Of a stretch of DNA of 38,072 bases, positions 5,383-15,057 are shown one piece after another. The notes under the pieces were generated by a model. It was not told where the DNA came from. It searched no databases and saw only the letters and a list, made by a program, of their open reading frames with translations. Numbering within the stretch: position 1 is the first letter of the stretch; each line of letters starts with the position of its first letter. The stretch covers positions 1-38,072 of IMG/VR virus record IMGVR_UViG_3300030108_003891. One strand, written 5' to 3'. This DNA is from a virus (Duplodnaviria > Caudoviricetes). Both the position numbers and the translations under genes were made by a program.

Positions 5383-5748
5383 GTGGCAACAACAGTTCTA
5401 GACAATCAGTACTTCACGTCCAAGTTCATTTACGAGACTGATCTCCAGAAGGAGCCTCTTCAAAACCTTACGAATGGTGCTGCTGAAGTAAAGACCATTT
5501 CTGTCTTTAATGGTGGCAATGCGAACGAGTTGTTCCTTAAACTTTATGACACCATCGCAGAGGTAAGCGGTACGCAGACACAAGCAGACTATATTTTTCA
5601 AATAGATGCTTCTACGGACGCTGTGTTCCACTTTCCTGATGGCCTGACCATTGAAAATGGCTTGACTGCTCGCTTGGTGACGACGGCTGCTTTGAGCGGA
5701 AATACTGATCCGCAGGCTAGTACTGTCGTTGAAATCGTCTACACTTGA
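5383..5748 (+). CDS. Small beta-rich putative virion protein
   Basis: GTG start after GAGG. Motifs FLKLYD and FHFPDGLTIENGL; related to the next gene. Confidence 0.7.
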   Translation: MATTVLDNQYFTSKFIYETDLQKEPLQNLTNGAAEVKTISVFNGGNANELFLKLYDTIAEVSGTQTQADYIFQIDASTDAVFHFPDGLTIENGLTARLVTTAALSGNTDPQASTVVEIVYT

Positions 5749-5757
5749 GGTTCTGTC

Positions 5758-6165
5758 ATGGCTGATTCCCTGAAAACACTGTCGAGTCCTCGTGGAACTC
5801 TTGTTTATCGAGAGACTGCGGCGACATCGTCTGATCCGAATGACTCTGGAAACAACAACGTCTTTGCCAAGTTGGGTTCAGTTCTTTATGGCGTGAAGAT
5901 TGACGCGACCTCGAACACCGCTGAGAACGTGTACCTGTGTTTGTATCGTGACACGACTGCTGATGGATCAGCCGTCACGGTTGGCACAACTGAGCCTGAG
6001 ACGGTGATCAAGTGCATATCTGGCTCATCGGTAGAGGTCGTCTTTCCTTGTGGTGCTGCAAGCACAAACAGCGAGTACCTGCACCTCGCGGTCAAGCAAG
6101 AGGCTGGGACTGCTGGCAGCACGGCACCAACGGGCACGGTCGCCATCACATTGATTGGGGCGTAA
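5758..6165 (+). CDS. Small beta-rich putative virion protein (paralogue of previous)
   Basis: GAGG RBS. Motifs VYLCLYRD, VTVGTTEPE, VVFPCG, C-terminal TAPTG. Confidence 0.7.
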   Translation: MADSLKTLSSPRGTLVYRETAATSSDPNDSGNNNVFAKLGSVLYGVKIDATSNTAENVYLCLYRDTTADGSAVTVGTTEPETVIKCISGSSVEVVFPCGAASTNSEYLHLAVKQEAGTAGSTAPTGTVAITLIGA

Positions 6166-6168
6166 GCC

Positions 6169-9100
6169 ATGGCGTCACTGGATGACGTACTAAAAGGCAA
6201 TCTGAGGGGCTTCCGTCGTGAGACGGGTCAGCCTGCGGAAGAGATTGCTGTCGAAGAACCTGCAATTGATGAGGTTGAACCTCCACAATTGTACGATGAG
6301 CGCGCTGAATATCGCGGTTTCAAGGTTCCGGCAGGCATGGATGCCGAGCAGACCGAGCGGTGGTTCGGTGCGATTGATGCGCGTGAGGACGAGCGAGAGG
6401 CTGCTGAGGCTGAGGCTGAGGCGGAGTTCGAGGCTGAATCTGGATTTACGACTCAGTTGTTGGGCTCGCTAGAGCGCACGGTGATGAAGGACAACCCGAG
6501 GATGGGTGCGAAGGCCGTCGAAGGTCTTGGTCGTGTGGCTGGCAGCCAAGCGATGATCGACTTTGGTTCGAAGACGGCAGCCGAGTACGACACATCAGAT
6601 GATCCGGCAGCGTTTTCTCCTCGGATTGAGAGCATCTATGATGCTGAGGGCTTCCAAGACTACATCGATTACGCGGCCTCCACTCTTGGTCAAGGTGTGG
6701 CGTCGATCGGCACCATGGCTGCGGGTGGCGCGGTAGGTGCGGCTGCTGGGGCACCATTTGGTGCTTCGGGCGTTACTGCGCGAGTGGGCGCGGTCGCAAC
6801 TGGCTTCATGATGAACTATGGAGACCTGTACGACACTTTTGTCGAGCAGGAGGGCATGGATCCTGATGATGCGGCTAAATATGCGATAGTTCCTGCGGCA
6901 ATGATGGCTGGTTTGGATGCTTTTGGTCTGGAGAAGCTTGTAAAGCCTGCAAGGGACGCGCTGTCCGATAATTTTGCGAAGCGCACCGCGCAGTTGGCGA
7001 TTCGTGGCGGTGGCACCGAGGCCGTGACGGAGGCTGCTCAGCAGGTTGTTCAGGAGTCTGCCGGTGAGATTGCCGAGGTAACGGGGCTTGCGACGGAGGA
7101 CATCGAGTTCAGCCAGCGCTTTGAGAACGTCGTCAACGCGCTTGTCGCTGGGTTCATTCCGGGTTTTGCGCTTGGCGGCACGGGTGCTGTGCGGGTGCGT
7201 CCTGAAGACGATGCTGAGGACGATGCTCCGGCGCCTCCAGCGGCTCCTGAGCCGACTGTATTGACTCAGAGGGAGGATGTTCCCGCTGAGGTTCCAGACG
7301 CCGCCACAGCCGGTGCTGAGACTGAAAGTGAAATCGCGGAAGCTCGCCGCTTGTGGCAAGAACTGGGCATTGAGTCACCGTACTTTAAGCGCAAGTTTGG
7401 AAACACGAAGGTCACCGATGACGACGGCAAGCCACTGGCTGTATTTCATGGCACATCCGGCGACTTCAATGAGTTCCGTCCAGGTTCACCCGATAGCGCG
7501 TTTGGCTCGGCCATTTACACAAGCAGCAGCACTGATGATGTAAACGTCAACTACGCCACCGCAGAAGGCCCTGACATCAAAAATAGAGTCGATCAAGCGA
7601 TTGACAGCATTGACAGTCTTGATGATTTTGATGACGACAACATCTTGGATGCGGCCAAGCGATATATGGACCGAACGGAGTCGACGGACACTGAATTGCT
7701 TGAGGCGATTAAGACTGGCGATGTCGAGAAGCTTATTGATGATTTTGAGCCCGACCTGATCGAACAACTTGCCCGACAACAAGTTCTTGGCGACGAAGCC
7801 TTCAGCGTGCTGAAGACATACGTCAACATCGAAAACCCTGTGTATCTGGATCCATCGGGCACTAAGGGCAGGACTACATTTGATCTTGAGATCGAGTACG
7901 ACGAGGACGGTGAGTTTGTAGGCGAGAGCGGCTCAGTACTGGAGTTGCTTGAGGCTATTGATGAGGTTGCTGACGACCTCTCTACTTATCAAATCGGAGG
8001 CCGTGGCCCGTATAGTGATGACGTTGACAAGCTCAAAACATTTATTGGTGAGAACTCTATTGATGGTGAGATAGACGCCCTCGATCTTTTTGAAGAAGTC
8101 AGGGGCGGTAATTACTACTTCGAGTCGGATACTGGAGGTCTGGAGAACACGGAGTTTATACGCAAAGTCTTCGAGAAGATGGGCTTCGATGGAATTGTTG
8201 CCGATGCGTACCACTTTTTTGGTGACCGTAAAGGCCCCATGGGGGCCAGAATCCCCGCAATGGCTGGCGTCACCCCCGGCACCTACCACTACATGGCTTT
8301 CAAGCCAGAGCAGATCAAGTCAGCTACCGGCAACGTAGGAACGTTTGACCCAAGCGGGAACATTCTTAAGTCAACTGCTGAGGGTGCTCAGTTTATTGGC
8401 CTTTCAGGCATGGGCGTCAATGAAGCTATTGACTTGATGTCCAGGCTTCGGACAGGCCAACAACTAGCCGACTTCATCACCAAATTTGCAGACGATCTAT
8501 CGTATCGAGAAATCTCGGAGCGTATACGTCCTCATCTTGAGAATGTTGGACTAATCGTCCTGACCGAGGACATAGGTAATTTACCTCCTGATTTTGATCC
8601 TGTCTTGGGCAGTTATTTAAGAGATATGGGGAGCACTTATAGCTCTTACGGTATTCGCGGCCTGAACCTTTCCGATGAAAAAAGTAATGATGTCATTCTC
8701 AGAGGCCGCAGGATGTACACCGGCTGTAATGCTGAGACTGCCCTTCATGAGTTGATTCACGCTGCTTCCACCAGAAGGCTGGAAGATGGACTCCTGAAGG
8801 AGAACAAAGGGACTGATGTCGCCAAGGCCGCGCAGGAGCTTGTAGACCTACATAAGCAGGTTGAGCGCATCATCAGGAAGCGCAGGAAGAAGAAGAAGGT
8901 CGACCCCGAGTTTGACTCCATCTTGAAGCGTGGACTTGAAAATGTTCATGAATTTGTCGCGTATGGCATGACCAATAAGAAGTTTCAGGAGTTCCTGATG
9001 ACCATCGGGTCAAGGAACAGGAACCTCTGGAACACTTTTGTCGAGAAGATTTCCAACCTTCTGGGTATTGGCAAAGACAAGCGAAGCGTTCTGACGGACT

Positions 9101-12100
9101 TGATTCGTGTCACAGACGAGCTTTTGACTGCTGATTTGGGTCAGTTGAGATCTCGTTTGAACACAGAAAACATCAATATGTCACGAATTTTTAATCGTGA
9201 CGTGCAACCTTCAACCGATGTTGATTCAAATACACAAATTGTCAGGCAGTCAGCCACCACAAGCAATGTGATCGGGTTCGGTGACCTCAGCGCTTATCAA
9301 GCGATTGATGAGATCAAAAAGGTTGAGACGGGCATGGAACTGATCGATTTCATTGTCGATCGAGCCGACAACCCCGCATACAAGGCAATCGCAGAGCGTA
9401 TCCGGCCCTTCCTGGACAAGACGATGGTGGCTACGATCTCAAAAATCGAGGACGTTCCACGAAGCATTATGCTCGCCATCGACGATGGAGACTTGGAGGC
9501 ATCTACTTTTGACCTCCTGCTCGACATGTCGAGGGAAAACACCCGCACTGGTACAAGAGGGGTGACGATAACGACGCCTGAAGATGTCGACATCGTGCTT
9601 CGTGGGCACGCCGATTTCTCTGGAGCCACAGCGGAAACTGCACTACATGAAGCGATTCATGCGGCCACGCAGAACAGGATCGCAGACGGGCAACTCAAGC
9701 AGAACAGGAAGACAGAACTTGGCAAGGCCACGACTGAGCTTGCTGCTCTTCACAAGAGGGTCAAGAAGATCCTCAAGAAGCGCAAGACCCAGAAGGGTTC
9801 TGCCCCGGCTGATCCGAAGCTGTTTGATGTAGTCCTGGAGTATGGTCTTGAAGACTTGAATGAGTTTGTTTCCTACGGAATGACAAACAAGACCTTCCAA
9901 GACTTCTTGATGAGCATCGAGTCAGAGAACAAGAGTCTGTGGAACACCTTCGTGGAGAAGGTAGCGAACCTCCTGGGCATCGAGAACCAGACTGTGTTGA
10001 CTGATTTGATTCGTGTGACGGATCAGATTTTGTCTGCCGATGTCGAAGAGCTTCCTGCACGAGTCCGTACGCGGTTCATCAACAGAATGCTTGGGTCTGA
10101 TCAGGGTACAAAGCCATCTCTCTTGGGTGGGTCGAATCCTGTATTTGAGTCTGAACTTGAAAAAATCATTCTCAATCAAACACCGAACAAGATTGGCGTT
10201 GACGATATTGAGCAGTTCCTCAACAAGAAAGGAGCTAAAAAGTCAGAAATCGCGGACACTAAGATCGCGGAGTTTATCGCGAACGCGAAGGCCGAAGGCA
10301 AGAAGAGCGTCAGCAAGGATGAGTTGATTCAGCACCTTGAGGACGACAAGGTTCAGATCAAAGAAGTGCGGCTTGACCGTAATCGGCGTGAAGCACCACA
10401 ATATTTAAAAGATGCTGAAATTGCAGCCGACGAGGCCTTTAAGGACATTTATGACGAGGTCAAAGAACTGGCCTCGATTATGGATCCCAATTCGTCTGTC
10501 ACTGATGTAGTCCACAAGTATTCCAATAACCCAAACCATTTCTTTGATTTGTACGTTGATTACGTTGGAGATCTTGGGGATCTTGACAATTACGTCGACG
10601 AGCTTTTAGATCCAGATGTCTATGGTCCTGTAAAAGAAGTCGTGGATCTTGTAAGCGAATATCTTGTTTCTGAATGGACGATTGATGATGTAAAACTAAT
10701 CACCAAGGCTGCAAATGTTGTGAACGCAAAGCTTAGTGATTTGAAATATAATAAGTTTATAGACGAACAGCGTAGGTTTTTATCTGAATCAAGACTAAAT
10801 AATTTTTCCCCAGCAATAGTAGAAGGTGCAAAAAATATTACTGAATACCAAAATCTTCAAGAAATAGATCGTATCTTTCTAAGAATGGGGGAAGTCGAAT
10901 CTAGATTTCTTGCTTTTAAAAAGTTCAGCAATATTCCTAATGTAAAAAAATATTTGAAACTTAAAAAACAGTATTTGAAGCAAGAGAAAAGTTTCTTTAA
11001 AGAAGACGAAAGGTTCAACCCTAGATGGGATTCATGGACCATACCTGAGGGTGAAAACTACCAAGAGATTCTGATCACGGTGCCCATGAGCCCGAAGGAA
11101 AAAAGGGCAAGGGCAGAAGTCCAAAGGCTAGAAAAAAAACAGCTCGATCGCGCATTGGATGAGAACATAAGCCTAAGTTCTAGAGCGCCTTCGAGCCCTG
11201 AAATGCAGAACATCTCGGATGAACTTCGACTCGCAGAAAGTAATCTTAAAAAGGTACAATCGAAGCCATTCCACGAATCTCATCATGAATACTTTCCTAA
11301 CGTTATGGTCCACATCCGAACGAAGGACCGTATAGACAGTAAGGGTCGTAAGATTCTGTTTGTTGAGGAGATTCAGTCTGACTGGCACCAGAAGGGCCGC
11401 AAGCGGGGCTACACGCAAGAGGAAAATGATGCAAAGATGGCAGAGGCAACAGACAAGCTTCTTGACTTGGAGTTTGCTCGTAATGAAGCATACAGGATGC
11501 CAGATGGTGAAATCCTGAACGAACGGCATACGATCTCGGATGAAGAATATACTGCGCGGAACGAAGCCTACAGAGAAGGAGAAATACTGGTCCGAAAGCA
11601 AAAAGATGTCATTGTAGGTATTAGGAAAGGTCCAGTCCCCGATGCTCCCCTCAAAGACACCAAGGAGTGGATGTCTCTTGCCATCAAGCGTATCTTCCGT
11701 GAGGCCTCCGAGCAGGGCTACGACGGCGTGGCGTTTACTCGTTCAGATCTCATCACGCCGATCGTCTCATTCGATCCTGGTGCCACGCTATCTATTCTTA
11801 CGTCGGGTAGTCCCGCTAAGGCGCTAATGTCAGAGATCGAACGCTTGAAAAAATCAGGTCGTGATGCCATGCATCACAATAATCTTGGTGAAGAGGTCGA
11901 AAGAATATACGGTGGAAACAAGTATATTTACGACAAGTTGATTCCCAGCATCGCCAAGAAAGAATCTAAAGCGAAGCAGGAGACGACATACATCGAAATG
12001 ATGGAAACGGGGTTCTCAAAAGTCGGAAAACCCCGAACCCCAGGAGGGCCGCCGAGAACTGAAGTGATGCAGACAACGCTTGATCGGCTTGTTCGTGATG

Positions 12101-13002
12101 GTGGTGTTGTCGAAGTCCCCTTCTTTGAACTCACCGATAAGGTCAAAGACCGGGTCAGCAAGCCTCAGAAGCTGTACAGCCTAGCGCTTCCTGCACTTGT
12201 CGTAGGAGCCGCCGCATCGGAGGAGGAGGAGCTTTCTCCGGCTGCTGCTCTCATGTCGCTCGGCAAGGCCGGAATGGCGCTTTATCGCAAGCTCACGGGC
12301 TCCAATGAGGAGGGAAACCCTGCCGAAGAGCTTGCCCCCATGAGATTGTCTGAGCGTTCGTACTCACCTGTGGACTCGATCGTGACGTATACAGATGTCG
12401 GTCAATCAAAGGCGGAGTTCGATCGTCGTCGTGAGATGGCAAACAAGTATGAGCCCATGCTGTTTGAACTCATGAAGATGGAGGCCGACTTCTATGAGAT
12501 GGATGAGGACTCCGATAAGGCCAAGGAGCTTGGTGCTCGGTACGAGGATCTACTGAAGCAGTACGAAAAGATCGATGATGATCTCTTCTCTGATGAGTAC
12601 GAGCGGTTCCTGAAGGGGACTGACTACTACTACGAGACCAGTGAAGAAGGCATCGAGAACTTCGACGTGGATCGTGCGTTCAATGTGATGAACCCAGGCT
12701 CTGATATCGAGATGGACATCAACCTGAGGACCACTCAAGAGATGATGCAGCGCAAGCGGTTCGATCGCATGATGGAGCGCGGCGGAACTCTGGTCGACTT
12801 GGCTGGACAGAACTCTTCAATCAACAGGCTGATTGTGCAAAAAGCACAGGCATTTAATCATCCGGTTCAAACAGTTCAGTTGAATGAATCTGATAAGATG
12901 TTCTTGGAAAAAGATTTAAGTAATCTTGAAGAGTTGAAAGAAGACGGTTTGATATCGTATCTGTTATACAAAGAGTTGAAAGGCGACGTAATGTTGTTCT
13001 AG
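6169..13002 (+). CDS. Large polyvalent virion/ejection protein: membrane-interacting N-terminus, ART-PolyVal-like ADP-ribosyltransferase, two zincin metallopeptidase domains, conserved EEIQSDWHQ domain
   Basis: Gly/Ala hydrophobic stretches and a TEAVTEAAQ motif. ART-like GKPLAVFHGT..IYT..YVNIENP..GFDGI..AFKPEQIKSATGNVGTFD. HELIH (8746-8760) and HEAIH (9646-9660). GENYQEILI..VHIR..LFVEEIQSDWHQKGR..VPDAP..GYDGVAF. Confidence 0.85.
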   Translation: MASLDDVLKGNLRGFRRETGQPAEEIAVEEPAIDEVEPPQLYDERAEYRGFKVPAGMDAEQTERWFGAIDAREDEREAAEAEAEAEFEAESGFTTQLLGSLERTVMKDNPRMGAKAVEGLGRVAGSQAMIDFGSKTAAEYDTSDDPAAFSPRIESIYDAEGFQDYIDYAASTLGQGVASIGTMAAGGAVGAAAGAPFGASGVTARVGAVATGFMMNYGDLYDTFVEQEGMDPDDAAKYAIVPAAMMAGLDAFGLEKLVKPARDALSDNFAKRTAQLAIRGGGTEAVTEAAQQVVQESAGEIAEVTGLATEDIEFSQRFENVVNALVAGFIPGFALGGTGAVRVRPEDDAEDDAPAPPAAPEPTVLTQREDVPAEVPDAATAGAETESEIAEARRLWQELGIESPYFKRKFGNTKVTDDDGKPLAVFHGTSGDFNEFRPGSPDSAFGSAIYTSSSTDDVNVNYATAEGPDIKNRVDQAIDSIDSLDDFDDDNILDAAKRYMDRTESTDTELLEAIKTGDVEKLIDDFEPDLIEQLARQQVLGDEAFSVLKTYVNIENPVYLDPSGTKGRTTFDLEIEYDEDGEFVGESGSVLELLEAIDEVADDLSTYQIGGRGPYSDDVDKLKTFIGENSIDGEIDALDLFEEVRGGNYYFESDTGGLENTEFIRKVFEKMGFDGIVADAYHFFGDRKGPMGARIPAMAGVTPGTYHYMAFKPEQIKSATGNVGTFDPSGNILKSTAEGAQFIGLSGMGVNEAIDLMSRLRTGQQLADFITKFADDLSYREISERIRPHLENVGLIVLTEDIGNLPPDFDPVLGSYLRDMGSTYSSYGIRGLNLSDEKSNDVILRGRRMYTGCNAETALHELIHAASTRRLEDGLLKENKGTDVAKAAQELVDLHKQVERIIRKRRKKKKVDPEFDSILKRGLENVHEFVAYGMTNKKFQEFLMTIGSRNRNLWNTFVEKISNLLGIGKDKRSVLTDLIRVTDELLTADLGQLRSRLNTENINMSRIFNRDVQPSTDVDSNTQIVRQSATTSNVIGFGDLSAYQAIDEIKKVETGMELIDFIVDRADNPAYKAIAERIRPFLDKTMVATISKIEDVPRSIMLAIDDGDLEASTFDLLLDMSRENTRTGTRGVTITTPEDVDIVLRGHADFSGATAETALHEAIHAATQNRIADGQLKQNRKTELGKATTELAALHKRVKKILKKRKTQKGSAPADPKLFDVVLEYGLEDLNEFVSYGMTNKTFQDFLMSIESENKSLWNTFVEKVANLLGIENQTVLTDLIRVTDQILSADVEELPARVRTRFINRMLGSDQGTKPSLLGGSNPVFESELEKIILNQTPNKIGVDDIEQFLNKKGAKKSEIADTKIAEFIANAKAEGKKSVSKDELIQHLEDDKVQIKEVRLDRNRREAPQYLKDAEIAADEAFKDIYDEVKELASIMDPNSSVTDVVHKYSNNPNHFFDLYVDYVGDLGDLDNYVDELLDPDVYGPVKEVVDLVSEYLVSEWTIDDVKLITKAANVVNAKLSDLKYNKFIDEQRRFLSESRLNNFSPAIVEGAKNITEYQNLQEIDRIFLRMGEVESRFLAFKKFSNIPNVKKYLKLKKQYLKQEKSFFKEDERFNPRWDSWTIPEGENYQEILITVPMSPKEKRARAEVQRLEKKQLDRALDENISLSSRAPSSPEMQNISDELRLAESNLKKVQSKPFHESHHEYFPNVMVHIRTKDRIDSKGRKILFVEEIQSDWHQKGRKRGYTQEENDAKMAEATDKLLDLEFARNEAYRMPDGEILNERHTISDEEYTARNEAYREGEILVRKQKDVIVGIRKGPVPDAPLKDTKEWMSLAIKRIFREASEQGYDGVAFTRSDLITPIVSFDPGATLSILTSGSPAKALMSEIERLKKSGRDAMHHNNLGEEVERIYGGNKYIYDKLIPSIAKKESKAKQETTYIEMMETGFSKVGKPRTPGGPPRTEVMQTTLDRLVRDGGVVEVPFFELTDKVKDRVSKPQKLYSLALPALVVGAAASEEEELSPAAALMSLGKAGMALYRKLTGSNEEGNPAEELAPMRLSERSYSPVDSIVTYTDVGQSKAEFDRRREMANKYEPMLFELMKMEADFYEMDEDSDKAKELGARYEDLLKQYEKIDDDLFSDEYERFLKGTDYYYETSEEGIENFDVDRAFNVMNPGSDIEMDINLRTTQEMMQRKRFDRMMERGGTLVDLAGQNSSINRLIVQKAQAFNHPVQTVQLNESDKMFLEKDLSNLEELKEDGLISYLLYKELKGDVMLF

Positions 13003-13010
13003 GAGGCACA

Positions 13011-13901
13011 ATGCCAGGACGAAAGATGGATCCAATGAGGGCCAGGGCACTGGCCTCTCGGATGAGAAAGCAGTACCCGAAGGCCACTACAGGCCAACTG
13101 AAGGGCATGCTTGAGACTGGTCAGCCGATGGGAGAGGACCCCATGAAGCTGCGTGGAATGTCTCCTACGGGCTACCAGGGACCCGAGACGGGGCCTGCAT
13201 ACCGTCCAATCTCTGAGCTTTCCGAGATGGAGTTGAACCAGCTTGGCATCACACGCAAGGATCCTATGGAGCCCATGCGACGTATGGAGTCATCTGCGGC
13301 CTACGGAGAGTCGGACCCGATGACGGGAATGACGGATAGCGATGCGTTTCCTGAGTCACGTCAGCCAAGCTACATGGATACGATGCGAGACACGGTCGGG
13401 GAAATTTCATCAAGACCAGCGTACAATGATATGAGACAACGCGCCAGATCCGGGTTGAATCAAGTTGGTAAGCTCATGCCGGGTGGTCGACTGCTGGACA
13501 CCGGAGACATGATGGACACCGCAGACATGCCAGCCATGGCACGCGGCGACTTCATGGAGGATTTGATCCAGAGTACTGACTACGGCAACGCATATGCGGA
13601 CACCATCGCTACTCGTCGTCCCGACACGTTCAAGAGCGTTGATGATCTTGCTGAAGTTCCGATGATGTACGACACAGCCATCGAGAAGGCATTCGGTTTG
13701 TACAACCGTATGGGCAAGGTTCCCCCTTCTGTTGCTGTTGAAGTAGGTCGACTGGCAGGATTGATGGACGTAAAGCGGGCCATGGAAGACATGGACTCTG
13801 AGTCTCTTCGTCAGTCTATGCTCGACGATCGTAAGGACTACGTAGAGGGTAAGGAAATACAACCCGCTATCGATGACTTTGGAGATAGAAATGCCCGGTA
13901 A
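13011..13901 (+). CDS. Hypothetical Met/Asp-rich protein
   Basis: AGGAGG RBS; 296 aa; low-complexity composition. Confidence 0.8.
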   Translation: MPGRKMDPMRARALASRMRKQYPKATTGQLKGMLETGQPMGEDPMKLRGMSPTGYQGPETGPAYRPISELSEMELNQLGITRKDPMEPMRRMESSAAYGESDPMTGMTDSDAFPESRQPSYMDTMRDTVGEISSRPAYNDMRQRARSGLNQVGKLMPGGRLLDTGDMMDTADMPAMARGDFMEDLIQSTDYGNAYADTIATRRPDTFKSVDDLAEVPMMYDTAIEKAFGLYNRMGKVPPSVAVEVGRLAGLMDVKRAMEDMDSESLRQSMLDDRKDYVEGKEIQPAIDDFGDRNAR

Positions 13902-14346
13902 AATGGATCCCAAGTTGGCTGGCGCCTATGGAAAGGCGCAAGAAATCGAGCAGATGAGGAAGCGTAATCCCAGGCTCAATGAGATGTCTGCTGGTCAGCG
14001 CGTCAAGACTCTGCTTCGTAAGAAGGGTGAGCGTGGTCAGCCTAAACCGGTTGATGAGAAGACCAAGAAGACGAATGATCGGGCAGTGGCTGATCTACTT
14101 GAGTCTAAGGGTCTCACCGGGCTGAAGCCGATTCCAGCCAAGCCTAAGGATCGCGACATCAAGAAGAAGATTGGTGACGAGACTGGCGGCCCGAAGGAAG
14201 ATCTCATGGAGATCTCCGGTCAACTCAACAAGGCTTCAAAGCTCCACGGTAACCAGTCTAAGCGTGTCGCTGGTGTAGCCAAGGGCATGAAGGGCGAAGC
14301 TGGCAACCCGTACATGAAGCGCAGCAAGTCCAAGTACGGAATGTGA
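13891..14346 (+). CDS. Lys-rich hypothetical protein
   Basis: ATG at 13891 follows GGAG (start revised from 13873). Begins MPGKMDP. Confidence 0.75.
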   Translation: MPGKMDPKLAGAYGKAQEIEQMRKRNPRLNEMSAGQRVKTLLRKKGERGQPKPVDEKTKKTNDRAVADLLESKGLTGLKPIPAKPKDRDIKKKIGDETGGPKEDLMEISGQLNKASKLHGNQSKRVAGVAKGMKGEAGNPYMKRSKSKYGM

Positions 14347-14347
14347 G

Positions 14348-14647
14348 ATGGCTCAATCCGCAGATGCACTGCTGAAAGCAGGAATGAAGACGAACAAGCC
14401 TCGTCGTATCAAAAAGGGTGAGCCCGGATACGGTAAGAAGAAGTTTGTTGTCGTTGCAAGCTCAGGCGGAAAGAAGAAGGTCATTCGGTTCGGTGATGCG
14501 AAGATGGCCATTCGACGCGACAACCCTAAGGCTCGAAAGAACTTCAGGTCTCGCCATGGATGCGACAAGGCTGGAGCGAAGAACAAGCTGACGGCGAAGT
14601 ACTGGTCTTGCTACCAGTGGAGATCGGGCTCGAAGGTGAAGGGCTAA
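14348..14647 (+). CDS. Small basic conserved phage protein
   Basis: KKVIRFGD..DNPKARKNFRSRHGCD..TAKYWSC..W motif, recalled as recurrent in aquatic phages. Confidence 0.8.
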   Translation: MAQSADALLKAGMKTNKPRRIKKGEPGYGKKKFVVVASSGGKKKVIRFGDAKMAIRRDNPKARKNFRSRHGCDKAGAKNKLTAKYWSCYQWRSGSKVKG

Positions 14648-15057
14648 TGCACGACAATTTTCTGATGAGACACATGCGTGAGACTGGTCAGCCGGATGCG
14701 TGCCCTCGTGCGACTCAGGATCTGGAGTTGAATCTGTCGAATCGCCAGAACGCGCTCGACAACAAGATGTACGGCCCAGCAAATCCTCAACTGGATGAGT
14801 CAGGAGCAAATCAAGACTTTTGGCAGAGGTTTGCAGATCAGTTCAATGACAGCATCGAGAACGTGATGCAGATGCGCTGTGGGAACTGTTCATTCTTTGA
14901 TCGCTCTCCTCAGATGCTGGAGTGCATCGAGAAGGGTATTGGTGACGAGGGAGACCCTGAGATGGCTGTGCAAGCCGGTGAGTTAGGGTACTGCCAAGCA
15001 CTAGATTTTAAATGCGCGTCGATGCGTGTTTGTATGGTTTGGGCTGGGAGGGTCTGA
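14647..15057 (+). CDS. HiPIP-like Cys-rich (putative Fe-S/metal-binding) protein
   Basis: TAATG coupling gives the start at 14647. CPRATQD..YGPANP..RCGNCSFF..LGYC..FKCASMRVCMVW. Confidence 0.7.
   Translation: MHDNFLMRHMRETGQPDACPRATQDLELNLSNRQNALDNKMYGPANPQLDESGANQDFWQRFADQFNDSIENVMQMRCGNCSFFDRSPQMLECIEKGIGDEGDPEMAVQAGELGYCQALDFKCASMRVCMVWAGRV

Noticed and set aside
8389-10045. Zincin duplication as a DGR template/variable repeat pair
   Set aside because: Both copies are in-frame coding, differences are not adenine-specific, and there is no reverse transcriptase in the window.
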